Origin: Paragordius varius
Taxonomy: Eukaryota; Animalia; Nematomorpha
DNA length: 64,000 bases
Direction of reading: 5' to 3'
Assembly (NCBI GenBank): GCA_964247055.1
Contig: OZ176054.1
Coordinates: 12,152,001 to 12,216,000 of the forward strand
The notes under the pieces are model-generated. The model ran no database searches and was not told where the DNA came from. It worked only from the letters and a program-made list of their open reading frames with translations. Shown in pieces: positions 63,833-64,000 of the stretch (within the stretch, counting starts at the first letter, position 1; each line of letters opens with the position of its first letter). The position numbers and the translations under genes are program-made.

Positions 63833-64000
63833 GTTATTTTATACAGATTTATAAAATTTAATTGTTAAAGACAAAACCTAATTTAAGCTATCGTTTGGCC
63901 TGTGGAACAAGGCAGATGTTTGTATTTACTTTTTATTTTTTGTCTTAATCATATAAATTTTTAGTGTAAATAATTATTGAATGTACCTCTAGAAAATTGA

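Overview
This is AT-rich eukaryotic (animal-like) genomic DNA, not a prokaryotic window. The lineage cannot be determined from the sequence. By eye, roughly half is transposon-derived, with much nesting: two Ty3/Gypsy (Mag-like) LTR elements, five copies of one non-autonomous Helitron family with an internal ~300-bp tandem array, four mariner relics, one hAT transposase relic, several hAT and Tc1/mariner MITEs, a LINE fragment and several long foldback palindromes. Recognisable host genes are an SLC1A/EAAT-type glutamate transporter (minus, ~52.0-53.9 kb), tRNA-Thr(CGT) and VTA1 (plus, 62.3 kb onward, probably incomplete), whose first intron is only 31 nt. Two further spliced genes are missed or misread by the ORF track. 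One is a 3-exon, ~294-aa secreted protein with ~215 residues of almost pure Gly/Ser (minus, 2357-5766). The other is a 3-exon, ~646-aa low-complexity orphan ending in a CaaX-type motif, CCSIM (minus, 45389-48569). All gene models were built by hand from GT/AG sites and reading-frame continuity. Family assignments rest on remembered motifs; no database search was run.
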